A stretch of 49,473 bases of DNA from an uncultured Acidobacteriota bacterium (GCA_964586535.1 CAZPJJ010000002.1:1-49473), one strand, 5' to 3'; shown: positions 16,732 through 26,038, counted from the first letter of the stretch. Notes: generated by a model from the sequence alone, not told the origin. A program made the numbers and translations.

Positions 16732-17372
16732 GCGCCGAGGACCGTGATCTGCGCGATGCGTGGCGCGAGCGCGCCCCGCGCTCGCCCGGCGGTTGTCCCG
16801 ATGCCGAGGCGATCCGCCGCGCCGCGACGGGTCAGGCGCGTCCCGCCGAGGTGCGCGCCGTCGCCGAGCACGCGATGCGCTGCGCCGGCTGTGCGGAGGA
16901 TTGGCGGCTGGCGCGGGCACTCTCTGCGGACGCCACGCCCGCACTCGAGCGCCCGGCGATGCGGCGGCGGGCGTGGCACGCACCTCTCCTGGCCGCCGCG
17001 GCGTTGGTGATCGGCGTCGCGGGGATCGGGCTCGTGGCACTTCGCGCCCCCATGCAGACGGATGCGGCATGGCGCGACGCGACCTCCGCGGCGATTCGCT
17101 CGACGCTCATCGAGAACTCGTCGCTGCCCCGCGACCGTTTTCGACTAGCCTGGACGCCGGGCCCGGCGGGAACGGTCTACGACGTGGAGGTCGGCACTCC
17201 GAGTCTCCAGGTTCTCTCACGCGAGCGGGCGCTGACGTCGCCTGAGTACCTCGTCCCCACGGAGCACCTGACGGATGTCCCCGCCGGCGGAGTCGTCGCG
17301 TGGCGCGTCGAAGCGACGCTGCCCGACGGGCGCCGCGTGGCCTCGGTGACGCATCTCAACCGAGTGCGCTGA
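16728..17372 (+). CDS. Zinc-finger (HxxxCxxC) anti-sigma factor with one TM segment and an extracytoplasmic FN3-like domain
   Basis: The ATG overlaps the sigma stop (ATGA). The zinc-finger anti-sigma (ZAS) motif is HAMRCAGC and the TM segment is APLLAAAALVIGVAGIGLVAL. The C-terminus reads RFRLAWTPGPAGTVYDVEV...VVAWRVEATL. Confidence 0.75.
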   Translation: MSAEDRDLRDAWRERAPRSPGGCPDAEAIRRAATGQARPAEVRAVAEHAMRCAGCAEDWRLARALSADATPALERPAMRRRAWHAPLLAAAALVIGVAGIGLVALRAPMQTDAAWRDATSAAIRSTLIENSSLPRDRFRLAWTPGPAGTVYDVEVGTPSLQVLSRERALTSPEYLVPTEHLTDVPAGGVVAWRVEATLPDGRRVASVTHLNRVR

Positions 17373-17380
17373 GTCGCGTG

Positions 17381-20212
17381 ATGGCGGGTCGTCTCTCCAT
17401 CGTCTTCACCGTGGTGCTCATGCTCTGCGCACAGCCAAGCGTAAGGGCGAGCGACGCGGATCCAGTCTGCTCGAGCCGATACGCAGCGCCTCCCGCGGAC
17501 GTCTGGGACGTCGAGTGCTGGCTCAATCCGCAGGACGGCGTCGTCGATCGCGCGGCGCTCCTGACCCGGCTCCAGGACTGGTTGAAGGATCGCCCCGGCG
17601 ATCCGTGGGTCGCGCTCGCCGCGGCGAGCGAGCAGGTGGAGCGCGCGGGGAAGGGCGTCGAAGCGCACGCCGCGGCGGCGATCGAGATCTTTCAGGAACG
17701 CGGCGACCGCGACGGCGAGGCAATGGCGGAAGCGATTCGCGCGCGCCATTTCCACCGCTATCGGCGCGAGACCGAGCGCGCGGCCTCGCTCGCACGCCTG
17801 AGGGAACTCGCGGCTGACGGCGCCGATCCGCTGATCCGAGCGCGCGCGCTGCTCGCCGACATCGACCTCGCCGAAACCGAAGCGCGCATCGACGATGCGT
17901 ACCAGCTCGCCAAGGCCGCGTCGCTGGTGCCCGATTTCGAGACCTTGCCGCGCACGACCAAGCTCGGCGTTCTCTTGCGGCGGAAGAACACGGCCATCCA
18001 GCTCGGCCGCTACTCCGAGACGCTCGCGCTGATCGATCGTACGCGGGCGATCTGCGGCGAGCGTCGCTTCTGCCTCGACCGCGATGCTCTCGATCGCGCT
18101 CGGCTCGCGCGCTACATGCACGCGAACTGGCAGGAGGACCGTGAGGTCGCCGCCGAGCTGACACGCATCGCATACGAGCGGTCGCACGGATCGGGATCGC
18201 ACTGGGCGAGCCTCATCGAGGCCTGCGAGGCGGGGCGGCTCACGGATCCGCCCGAATCGCTGAAGTGGTTCGAGCGCTGCGGGCAGATCGCCGCGGACCT
18301 TCGCTGCGACGACGTGCGCTTGGTGGCGAAGGGCTTGCACGCCGTGGGTGTGGCGCGTCTCGATCCGAGCCGGATCGACGAGTCGCTCGCCCGGATGCCC
18401 TCGATCGTCGAGGGCCTGCGCCGCGTGGGCGTCGTCCACGAGGAGATCGCCGGACTCGCGAACTGGAGCAGCCTGCTACGCGATGCGGGGCGCATCGACG
18501 AATCGCTCGACGTGCTGCGCCGGGCGGTTGCTCTCGCGGAGAGCATGCACGACCGGCAGCTCGACGCCGACATGCGCGCCGACAAGATCGCGTTCGAGGC
18601 CAAACAGTTCTACGACCTCGCCTATCAACTGGCGCTCGCCCCGGAGACCGCTTCGGCGCACGACCTGGGCGCCGCGCACGAGGTGCTCGAGCGCTTTCGC
18701 GTTCGCGCGTCGCAGCTCGAGCTCAGGCGGGCGGATGTAGGGCTGACGAGTGAAGAGGGCGCGGAGACGGCGAGTCCGCTGCGCGAATCGTTGGCGAAGA
18801 CGCGCGCCGCCATCGTCGAGATCCAGGGCCAGCTTCGCGTGACGACGCTGCCGGACCACGACCGGGACGAGCGGCTTCGCGAACTGGAGCGTCACGAAAC
18901 CGAAGAGCGACGACTCGTCAACCGACTCGCGCGCAGCGACGCCGGGTCGTTCGAGCGCGTGACGCCCTACGTAGCCTCGCTCGACTCGGTACGCGCGGTG
19001 CTCGAACCGCGTGAGGCGCTCGTGACTTTCCAGATTGCCTCGGTGCCGGGCCGCCGTCCGTGGGCTCTCGTCGTCACCCGCGACGAGGCGCGGGCCGTCG
19101 CTCTCGGCAACACGCCTCTCGAGCCGGCGCTGGGACTGCTCACGGGGCTGCTTTCGCGACGCGACGGGTCGGAAAGCGCCGCGCTCGACGAACTCGGTGC
19201 AGCGCTCATCGAGCCCTGGTTCGCGTCTCTCGACGGCTCGCTCGATCGCGTGGTCATCGTTCCGGATGGGCGGCTCTTCGAGATCCCGATCTCCGCGTTG
19301 CCCATCGAACGAGGTGGAGAGCCCGTGAGCGCGCGCGTCAGCGTGGCGGTGGTCGCGTCGGCGACAGAGTTCGCGCTGGGGCGAACCCGCGCGGTGGCCC
19401 GGCCTCCCCGTGCGGCGCTTGCGCTCGCGCACTCGCCAGCGGTGCGCTTGGCGGCGACGCGTTCGCGCGATGCGAGTCTCTTCGCGGCGGACGTTGGCGC
19501 CCTCGCCGAAGCGGCGAGCGAGGCGCGCGCTGTGGCGAGAGCGCTCGGTGCGGAGTCACGGGTGCTCGAGGCGCAGAGCGCGAGCGAGCGCGCCGTCAAG
19601 CGCTTGCACTTCGAGCCCTTCGGAGTGGTTCACGTTGCGGCGCACGCTCTCACCAATCACGAGATGCCGGGGCGCTCGGCGATCATCCTCGCTGCGGGCG
19701 CGCCGGATGAGGATGGCCTGCTTCAACCGCGTGAGATCGCCGCGCTGCGTCTCGACGGGCGACTCGTCGTGCTGGCTGCCTGTGCGAGCGCGGCAGGCCC
19801 CGAGGTGCGCGGAGGCGGACCGCGGAGCCTCGCTGCCGCGTTTCTTCACGCCCGCGCGGGAGCCGTCGTCGGCACCCTCTGGCCTGTTCGCGATGCGGAC
19901 GCGCGGCGCTTCGCCGACTTCTTCTATCGCGAGCTAGCCGCCGGGTCGACGGTGGGGGATGCCCTCGCTCGCGCTCAGCGCACACTACGGGAGCAGGGTG
20001 AACCGACGACGAACTGGGGCGCCTATGTGCTCTACGGGGATGCCCGGCTGAGTTTGCCGACGGCGGAACGAGCATCGAGCGGGGTGACGTCGCTGGCGGC
20101 GCGGGCCGGGTGGATCGCGCTCGTGATCTTCGCGGTGGGGGTCGCGGGAGGGGCGAGCGCGCTCATCTTGCGCGGTCGACGGAAGAAACCCGGAGGAGCC
20201 GCCGAGGCCTGA
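17381..20212 (+). CDS. Exported helical-repeat / CHAT-domain (caspase-like) protease with a C-terminal TM anchor
   Basis: The signal peptide is MAGRLSIVFTVVLMLCAQPSVRA. About 600 aa of Leu/Ala/Arg-rich helical region follow. The CHAT His/Cys dyad context is GVVHVAAHAL and LVVLAACASAAG, then GTLWPVRD. The C-terminal anchor is WIALVIFAVGVAGGASALIL followed by RGRRKK. The gene starts 9 nt after the anti-sigma stop. Confidence 0.85.
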   Translation: MAGRLSIVFTVVLMLCAQPSVRASDADPVCSSRYAAPPADVWDVECWLNPQDGVVDRAALLTRLQDWLKDRPGDPWVALAAASEQVERAGKGVEAHAAAAIEIFQERGDRDGEAMAEAIRARHFHRYRRETERAASLARLRELAADGADPLIRARALLADIDLAETEARIDDAYQLAKAASLVPDFETLPRTTKLGVLLRRKNTAIQLGRYSETLALIDRTRAICGERRFCLDRDALDRARLARYMHANWQEDREVAAELTRIAYERSHGSGSHWASLIEACEAGRLTDPPESLKWFERCGQIAADLRCDDVRLVAKGLHAVGVARLDPSRIDESLARMPSIVEGLRRVGVVHEEIAGLANWSSLLRDAGRIDESLDVLRRAVALAESMHDRQLDADMRADKIAFEAKQFYDLAYQLALAPETASAHDLGAAHEVLERFRVRASQLELRRADVGLTSEEGAETASPLRESLAKTRAAIVEIQGQLRVTTLPDHDRDERLRELERHETEERRLVNRLARSDAGSFERVTPYVASLDSVRAVLEPREALVTFQIASVPGRRPWALVVTRDEARAVALGNTPLEPALGLLTGLLSRRDGSESAALDELGAALIEPWFASLDGSLDRVVIVPDGRLFEIPISALPIERGGEPVSARVSVAVVASATEFALGRTRAVARPPRAALALAHSPAVRLAATRSRDASLFAADVGALAEAASEARAVARALGAESRVLEAQSASERAVKRLHFEPFGVVHVAAHALTNHEMPGRSAIILAAGAPDEDGLLQPREIAALRLDGRLVVLAACASAAGPEVRGGGPRSLAAAFLHARAGAVVGTLWPVRDADARRFADFFYRELAAGSTVGDALARAQRTLREQGEPTTNWGAYVLYGDARLSLPTAERASSGVTSLAARAGWIALVIFAVGVAGGASALILRGRRKKPGGAAEA

Positions 20213-20443
20213 GCGTCCTTCCCAGCAAGGACGGATCGGCGCTCGCGGTGGCAGGACCCCGTGGCTCGATCCGACGCTCGCGTCGCCGCCGAGATCCGTG
20301 CGCGTCCATGATGGGCTCGCTGTCAGCTCGACGGCACCGACAACGACAGCGCGGGCGACAGATTCCTTCCCGACCCAAGGTGATGCGGAGGAGGCGCGAT
20401 AGTCTCGAGGCTCGTTCGGAGAGGCGAGGTCCGAGAATCTGTA

Positions 20444-20878
20444 TCAGCACGGCGGATCGCTCTGGTCGCTGTCATCATGACGCCATCGCCAGATCCTTCC
20501 GCCCAGACCGATGAGCAGCACGAGAAGTGCCGTCGCTGCGAGGATGCGCGCCGTCAAGGGTTCGTGGAAGGCTGCTATCGCGGCCGTGACCACGATGAAG
20601 AGAAACGTCGCGACGTTGAGCGCGTGGTTCAGCTTGAAGACCCCGCGACCGGTGCGTGCGACGGGATGGTCGTCCGGCAACACGGGCCGCTCGAGAGCTT
20701 CGCGTACGCCGCTGCGTTCGGCAAAGGCGAGGATTGCGTACGAGATCAAGATGACGGCTCCCAGACCCAGCATGAGCGAACCCGCGAGCACCACGTTCGC
20801 GTCCTCCGCGCGACCCTCCGCGCTGCTCACATAGAGGAGAAGCACGACTCCACAGGCGAACAGCACGATCGCCATCAC
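20444..20878 (-). CDS. Hypothetical integral membrane protein (about 4 TM segments)
   Basis: The 144-aa ORF has alternating hydrophobic segments and acceptable GC3 bias. No family was recognised. Confidence 0.5.
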   Translation of the reverse strand: MMAIVLFACGVVLLLYVSSAEGRAEDANVVLAGSLMLGLGAVILISYAILAFAERSGVREALERPVLPDDHPVARTGRGVFKLNHALNVATFLFIVVTAAIAAFHEPLTARILAATALLVLLIGLGGRIWRWRHDDSDQSDPPC

Positions 20879-20994
20879 GACGAGGGTCCGGGCACCGCGG
20901 GCGCGCGGTTCTCAGGCGGGCGCGCGGGTCCTTCCCAGCCAGAGGGCCCGCGGGGGCTCGCTCCACCGTGCGTCGAGCGACCTGCGATTTCGGT

Positions 20995-21825
20995 TCATGG
21001 CCTGAGAGGCATCGACCGGCTCGACCATCCGTCGCCGTCGTCTTTCGCTATCGCCACCCCCGCACCTGTAGCGGGCAGTTCTGCGATCACCATTCCTTGC
21101 TCGTTCCAGATCGCGCTGCGGCCTGCGGCCGCGAGCCCACCGGATGGCGATCCGAAGTTGGCGAACGCCACCGCGATGCGGTATTCGCGCGCGAACGCGG
21201 CGAGCTTCGCCGATTCGTCGGAGATGTCGGAGCGGATCGCGAACATGCTCGCCAGCAGTACCGTCGCTCCTCGTGCCACGGCGTTGCCGACGTGCCCCGG
21301 GCGCCCGATGTCCGCGCAGACGGCGATCGCCGCGCGCTCGCCGCCTGGCAGCGCGACGAGTGGGTTCACATCGCCAGGGTCGAAGACGGTCGCCTCGGCG
21401 GGCGGCACCTCGCCGTCGCAGGCGGCGCGGGACGAGAATGCGCCGAGTCGATGCTTCGTGTAGACGTCGACCGCGCCGTCGGGTGAGATCACGAGCGCGG
21501 CGATGTGGAGCCGAGCTTCCCTCCACCACGGCGCGCCGGCGACGATCGTCATTTCATGCACGCGAGCCGCGTCGAGGAGCGGCGGGAGGCGTGCGTCGCC
21601 GGGCGAGAATGCCAACTCGCGGCCGACGTCGATCTCGTAGCCGGTCAGCGAGAGTTCCGGGAAGAGCAGCACGTCCGGCCGCTCCCGCGCCGCGAGTTCG
21701 GCAAGCCGGAGATGCTGCTCCGTGTTCGCCGCGACATCGCCGCGCACCGGCGTCGTCTGTGCAACCGCCAGCACGCGCCGCGCCGGGCGAATCGAGGGGG
21801 AGGATCCCGGAACCGAGTGCGACAT
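20995..21825 (-). CDS. Carbon-nitrogen hydrolase (nitrilase superfamily) amidase
   Basis: The Glu-Lys-Cys triad contexts are LLFPELSLTGY, VYTKHRL and AIAVCADI. The Met start at 21825 was chosen over the longer track ORF. Confidence 0.85.
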   Translation of the reverse strand: MSHSVPGSSPSIRPARRVLAVAQTTPVRGDVAANTEQHLRLAELAARERPDVLLFPELSLTGYEIDVGRELAFSPGDARLPPLLDAARVHEMTIVAGAPWWREARLHIAALVISPDGAVDVYTKHRLGAFSSRAACDGEVPPAEATVFDPGDVNPLVALPGGERAAIAVCADIGRPGHVGNAVARGATVLLASMFAIRSDISDESAKLAAFAREYRIAVAFANFGSPSGGLAAAGRSAIWNEQGMVIAELPATGAGVAIAKDDGDGWSSRSMPLRP

Positions 21826-22159
21826 GCCGATGTTTCCCTTCGCGCTGTGCGATGGAGGGGCAGCATCGATCGTACCCCGCGGCGATGCAACCTTCGGTCG
21901 TGAGGACCGGCGCGGCTTCGGATCGGCCCGCACCGCGACACGAGTCCTCCCTTCATGGCTGCTTCGCCGCACGAGTCCCCCTTCCGAGGCCGTTCTTCTT
22001 CAAGGGCCCCCTGGCGATGGCCGTGAAACGCTCGAAATCATTTCCTCGGGGGGGCATTTGCCGCCACGAAGGAGGGACTCGTGCGGCGTAGCGGCCCAGA
22101 AGAGGGGGCTCCTGTCGAGGAGCGCGACCCGCCGCGCGGCGGGCGAAAGACCGCAGCGC

Positions 22160-23020
22160 TCAGAGCCTCTTGGCGAGACCGTCGACGAAAGCGACGAGCG
22201 CCGGTGGGTGGTGAGGGAAGAAGAGCGACGGCTCGATCAGTTCCAGTTCCATGATCACGGGCTTGCCGTCGTGCCCGGGCGCGACGTCGACGCGCGCGTA
22301 GAGCAACGTCTCGGTGCACCCCGTGGCAAGGGCGACGGCGCGCAGCGCGGCGCTGGCGACGGCGCTCTCCTCCGCGGCGATCGCATCGATGCGCGTCACC
22401 GATTCGTCCTCGCCAGCGAAGCGCGGCGATTTGCGGACGGCGTGGCTGACGGCGCCCTCGATGCAGACGAGCGCGCGCTCGCCGTGTCCTTCGACGGACG
22501 GCAGGTAGGGCTGCACGAGGACGTCGCCCTCGGCGAGGAGCGAGCGCAGATGCTCTTCGCCGCGCGCGTGATCGGCGCGCGTCGCGCGCAGCGTTCGATA
22601 GGAAGCCGCGGAGATCGCCGGCTTGATGACGACGTCGCTCCAGTGCCGCTCGTCGAGGATCGACGCGAGCGTGCGCGCGCTCTCACGCGGGACGAGCGCC
22701 GTGGGCACGATCGGGACGCCGTGCGATTCGAGATCGAGCAGGTAGCTCTTGTGGACGTTCCAGCGCACGACCGCGAGTGGGTTCACGAGGCGGGAGGCGA
22801 GCGCGGTGTGCTCGCACCAGTGCAAGAAGGCGTCGCTGTGCAGGGGGTAGTTCCACGTCGAGCGCAGCACGGTGAGGCGAGCGCGGGAGAAATCGGCCGC
22901 CGGATCGTCCCAGGCCAGGGGAAGAGCGCTCAGGCCGCGGTCCGCGAGAGCCGCGAGCAGCGGTGCTTCGTCGTGGTCGGGTTCGGGTAGGCGAGCGCAG
23001 GTGGCGAGGGCGATGTCCAT
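22160..23020 (-). CDS. ATP-grasp domain protein (RimK / glutathione-synthetase-like ligase)
   Basis: The sequence has WNVHKSYLLDLESHGVPIVPT, DVVIKPAISAASY, VLVQPYLPSV...GERALVCI and LYARVDV...PVIMELELIEPSL. This fits the ATP-grasp layout, but the substrate is unknown. Confidence 0.7.
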   Translation of the reverse strand: MDIALATCARLPEPDHDEAPLLAALADRGLSALPLAWDDPAADFSRARLTVLRSTWNYPLHSDAFLHWCEHTALASRLVNPLAVVRWNVHKSYLLDLESHGVPIVPTALVPRESARTLASILDERHWSDVVIKPAISAASYRTLRATRADHARGEEHLRSLLAEGDVLVQPYLPSVEGHGERALVCIEGAVSHAVRKSPRFAGEDESVTRIDAIAAEESAVASAALRAVALATGCTETLLYARVDVAPGHDGKPVIMELELIEPSLFFPHHPPALVAFVDGLAKRL

Positions 23021-23109
23021 GGCGGCGGATTGTAAGACGGATGGCGAGGGGCGCTTCTTCGCGCGCGGCGCATCGCCCGCGCGGGAGGCCCCCATCGCCA
23101 ACACGCGGA

Positions 23110-23140
23110 CAAAAAAAGGGCGCCCTGCGGGGCGCCCTCT
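23110..23140 (-). terminator. Rho-independent terminator of the RNA-binding-protein gene
   Basis: The minus strand reads GGGCGCCC-CGCA-GGGCGCCC followed by TTTTTTTTG. It lies about 30 nt after the stop at 23169. Confidence 0.8.
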
Positions 23141-23168
23141 TCAATTGTGGTGTGTGAAGCGCGGTGGC

Positions 23169-23513
23169 TCAGCGCCAGCCGCGATCGCCGCCGCGGTCGC
23201 CGCCGCCGCCGCCGCCGCCGCCGCGGTTGTAGCCGCCGCCGCCGCCGCCGCCGCCGCGATTCTCGCGGGCCTGGGCCTCGTTGACCTTCAGGTTACGGCC
23301 CATGAAGTCGGTGCCGTCGAGAGCGCGGATCGCCTTCTGGGCGTCCTCAGCGGTCTCGGTCTCCACGAAACCGAAGCCACGGGGGCGGCCGGTCTCGCGG
23401 TCCATGATGAGGGTCACGGAGGTGACGTTGCAGCCAGCTTCGGTGAAGAGGGCGCGAACGTCCTCGTCGCTGGCTCGGAAGGGGAGGTTGCCGACGTAGA
23501 GCTTGGAACCCAT
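23169..23513 (-). CDS. RRM-type RNA-binding protein with a Gly/Arg-rich tail
   Basis: The sequence MGSKLYVGNLPF (RNP2) ...RPRGFGFVE (RNP1) ...AIRALDGTDFMGRNLKVNEA is followed by the tail GGGGGGGGYNRGGGGGGGGDRGGDRGWR. Confidence 0.9.
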   Translation of the reverse strand: MGSKLYVGNLPFRASDEDVRALFTEAGCNVTSVTLIMDRETGRPRGFGFVETETAEDAQKAIRALDGTDFMGRNLKVNEAQARENRGGGGGGGGYNRGGGGGGGGDRGGDRGWR

Positions 23514-23841
23514 CTGACTCTGTCTCCGATTCGCGTCTGCGAATCCTGCCGAGTCCCGCACCTTGGATCGACTGACCGAGACAAGGAACGAAGCCGCCCG
23601 CCGAAGGCCGGCGAGGCCCGAGGTTGCGGCACGTCACGCTACCGTTTCTGTACGGGAGGATGATGCCGGGACTCGACGGGAAAATCGCAGACAACTGCCA
23701 GTCTGTCAAGAGCTTTTCCAAAAGGGCGGGTCCCGAAACGCCTCGGCGTCGATCCTCCGACGGGGCAGGCGGGGAGGCGAGCTAGACTCTAGGGTCTTGG
23801 GCGCGTCCCAGCCACGAGAGGGAGGCGCGGGAGTCAACACG

Positions 23842-25449
23842 ATGAAATACCGAGCTTTGTGGGTGGTTATTGTTCTGCTGGCCGCGCTGCCTCTCGCTGG
23901 GTCGATGTCGGGCTGCGGCGGCCCTCCGGCCGGCGATCGCTCAGCGACGCCTTCTCCGGTCGCCACCGACGGGCTGGGGGAGATATCCGTCGCCGAGTTG
24001 GCTCGACGAATGGACTCCGGCGAGGCGACCTCGGAGTCGCTCGTCACCGCCTTCCTGCGCCGCATCGAGGCGGGTGACACGGAGCTACGCGCCGTCCTCG
24101 CCGTCAATCCGACCGCTCTCGATGAGGCCCGGGCACGCGACGAGGAGCGAGCCCGCGGCGTCGTGCGTGGTCCGCTGCACGGCGTTCCGGTGCTCCTGAA
24201 GGACAACATCGAGGCGGCGGGGCCGCTGCCGACAACGGCGGGTTCGCTGGCGCTCGCCGAGAACGTCACCGGTCGCGATGCCCCGCTCGTCGCCCGGCTG
24301 AGCGAGGGCGGCGCGGTGATCCTAGGCAAGACGAATCTCTCGGAGTGGGCCAACTTCCGCTCGGAGCGCTCATCGTCCGGCTGGAGCGGAGTCGGCGGCC
24401 AGACGCGCAATCCGCATGACACGGCGCGGACACCCTGCGGGTCGAGCTCGGGTTCGGGCGTCGCGGTCGCGGCGGGGTTCGCTCCCCTGGCGATCGGCAC
24501 GGAGACCAACGGCTCGATCGTCTGCCCTGCGACCGTCAACGGCGTCGTCGGGATCAAGCCCACCGTCGGGCTCGTCAGCCGCACGCACGTGGTGCCCATC
24601 TCGGCGACGCAAGACACCGCGGGTCCGATGGCGCGGACGGTCGCCGACGCGGTCGTCCTGCTGCAGGCGCTAATCGGTCCCGATCCTGCGGACGTCGCGA
24701 CCGCGATCGCCGCCGAGACCGCGACTTGGGATCTCGCGGCGCACCTCAAAGCGGAAGGCCTCGCCGGCAAGCGCGTCGGCGTGCTCCGCTCCGCGACGGG
24801 ATACCACGAGGGCGTCGATGCCCTCTTTGAACGCGCCCTCGAGGACCTCCGCGCGGCGGGGGCGACGATCGTCGACGAGGATCTCCGCCTCGACCCGCCG
24901 CCGGCATTCGGCCAGGCGTCGTACGACGTGTTGCTCTACGAGTTCAAGGACGGTCTCGATCGCTACCTGGCGAGCCTACCCGACGCGCGCCTCGCGTCGA
25001 TGACGCTCGAGTCGCTCATCGCGTTCAACAACGAGCACGCCGATCACGAGATGCCGTGGTTCCGGCAGGAGATCTTCGAGAAAGCTCAGGCCAAGGGCCC
25101 ACTTACCGACCCCGCCTACCTCGAAGCGCTCGCGCTGGTTCGCAAGGTGACGCGCGAAGACGGCATCGATCGCTTGCTGCGCGAGCACGCGCTGGATCTG
25201 GTCGTCGCACCTACCGGCGGCCCGGCGTGGACGATCGATCTCGTCACCGGCGATCACTTCCTCGGCGGCGTTTCGACCTATCCCGCGGTGGCCGGGTATC
25301 CGCACATCACGGTGCCCATGGGCGATGTCCACGGGCTCCCGGTCGGGCTCTCGTTCTTCGCGGGTGCACTATCGGAGCCGGTCCTGATCGAGGCGGCGTA
25401 CGCCTACGAGCAACAATCGCGGCGGCAAGGGCCGCCGGTTTCGCCCTGA
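23842..25449 (+). CDS. Amidase-signature family amidase, lipoprotein
   Basis: The lipobox is LAGSMSGC. AS-family motifs are GVPVLLKDNI and TPCGSSSGSGVAVAAGFAPLAIGTETNGSI. Confidence 0.9.
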   Translation: MKYRALWVVIVLLAALPLAGSMSGCGGPPAGDRSATPSPVATDGLGEISVAELARRMDSGEATSESLVTAFLRRIEAGDTELRAVLAVNPTALDEARARDEERARGVVRGPLHGVPVLLKDNIEAAGPLPTTAGSLALAENVTGRDAPLVARLSEGGAVILGKTNLSEWANFRSERSSSGWSGVGGQTRNPHDTARTPCGSSSGSGVAVAAGFAPLAIGTETNGSIVCPATVNGVVGIKPTVGLVSRTHVVPISATQDTAGPMARTVADAVVLLQALIGPDPADVATAIAAETATWDLAAHLKAEGLAGKRVGVLRSATGYHEGVDALFERALEDLRAAGATIVDEDLRLDPPPAFGQASYDVLLYEFKDGLDRYLASLPDARLASMTLESLIAFNNEHADHEMPWFRQEIFEKAQAKGPLTDPAYLEALALVRKVTREDGIDRLLREHALDLVVAPTGGPAWTIDLVTGDHFLGGVSTYPAVAGYPHITVPMGDVHGLPVGLSFFAGALSEPVLIEAAYAYEQQSRRQGPPVSP

Positions 25450-25468
25450 CGGCGATCCCGCGGTCGCG

Positions 25469-26038
25469 TCATTCGCCGTCGACGCGAGTGAGCAGGACGA
25501 CGTAGCGCTGCGCCGGACGTGCGACGCCCGCGAGCGGGTAGCAGGTCACGAGCGTCAGGCGCGCGGCGCCGTCGTCCTCGAGGCATCGAGTGTCGTTCGC
25601 ATCGACGACGAGGCTCTTCGCGACGGCATAGGTCGTCGAACCTCGCACCGTCGTGACGCGCGCGACATCGCCTGGGCGCAGTTCTCCGAGCCGGCGAAAC
25701 GCGCCGTCGCGATGGGCGGCGAGGACTGCGTTCCCTCTCGAGCCCGGCTGGGCGGTCCCCGCGACGCGCGCGGGTCCGTGCGCGAGGGCATCGCCGAACG
25801 CGCCTTCCAGAACGACATGCCGCTCTCCGAGCCGGGGGAACTCGAGCACCGCGATCGGATGTGTGTCGGCCCACGGCCACGGCCGCACGGGCTCGCCCGT
25901 GACGCGATGGCGGAGCCACGCCGCCTCGACGCACGCTGAGGCGAGGGCACCGCGCACGAAGCGAGCGGCATCGGCGGCGAGGATCGCGGCCCCCGCGATC
26001 AGCAGGCAGGAGGCAAGGGAGAGCGCGAGCCGGGGCAT
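25469..26038 (-). CDS. Sortase (the Gram-negative type that pairs with VIT-vWA substrates)
   Basis: An N-terminal TM segment is present. The His context is AVLAAHRD, the Cys context is LTLVTCYP, and the conserved Arg lies in RYVVLL. The gene starts 11 nt after the stop of the upstream VIT-vWA gene. Confidence 0.85.
   Translation of the reverse strand: MPRLALSLASCLLIAGAAILAADAARFVRGALASACVEAAWLRHRVTGEPVRPWPWADTHPIAVLEFPRLGERHVVLEGAFGDALAHGPARVAGTAQPGSRGNAVLAAHRDGAFRRLGELRPGDVARVTTVRGSTTYAVAKSLVVDANDTRCLEDDGAARLTLVTCYPLAGVARPAQRYVVLLTRVDGE

Noticed and set aside
15943-17070. N-terminal 376 codons of the 868-aa ORF 14464-17070. Similar long 5-prime extensions occur in the ORFs 11988-13952, 20995-21972, 25469-26356 and 6989-8179.
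   Set aside because: The extensions are Arg/Pro/Ser-rich and overlap real genes on the other strand. Each also sits upstream of an internal start that has a Shine-Dalgarno sequence and a signal peptide.
23190-23262. (GCC)n simple-sequence tract
   Set aside because: It is the coding sequence for the Gly-rich tail of the RRM RNA-binding protein read on the opposite strand. It is not an independent repeat element, although slippage could vary the tail length.
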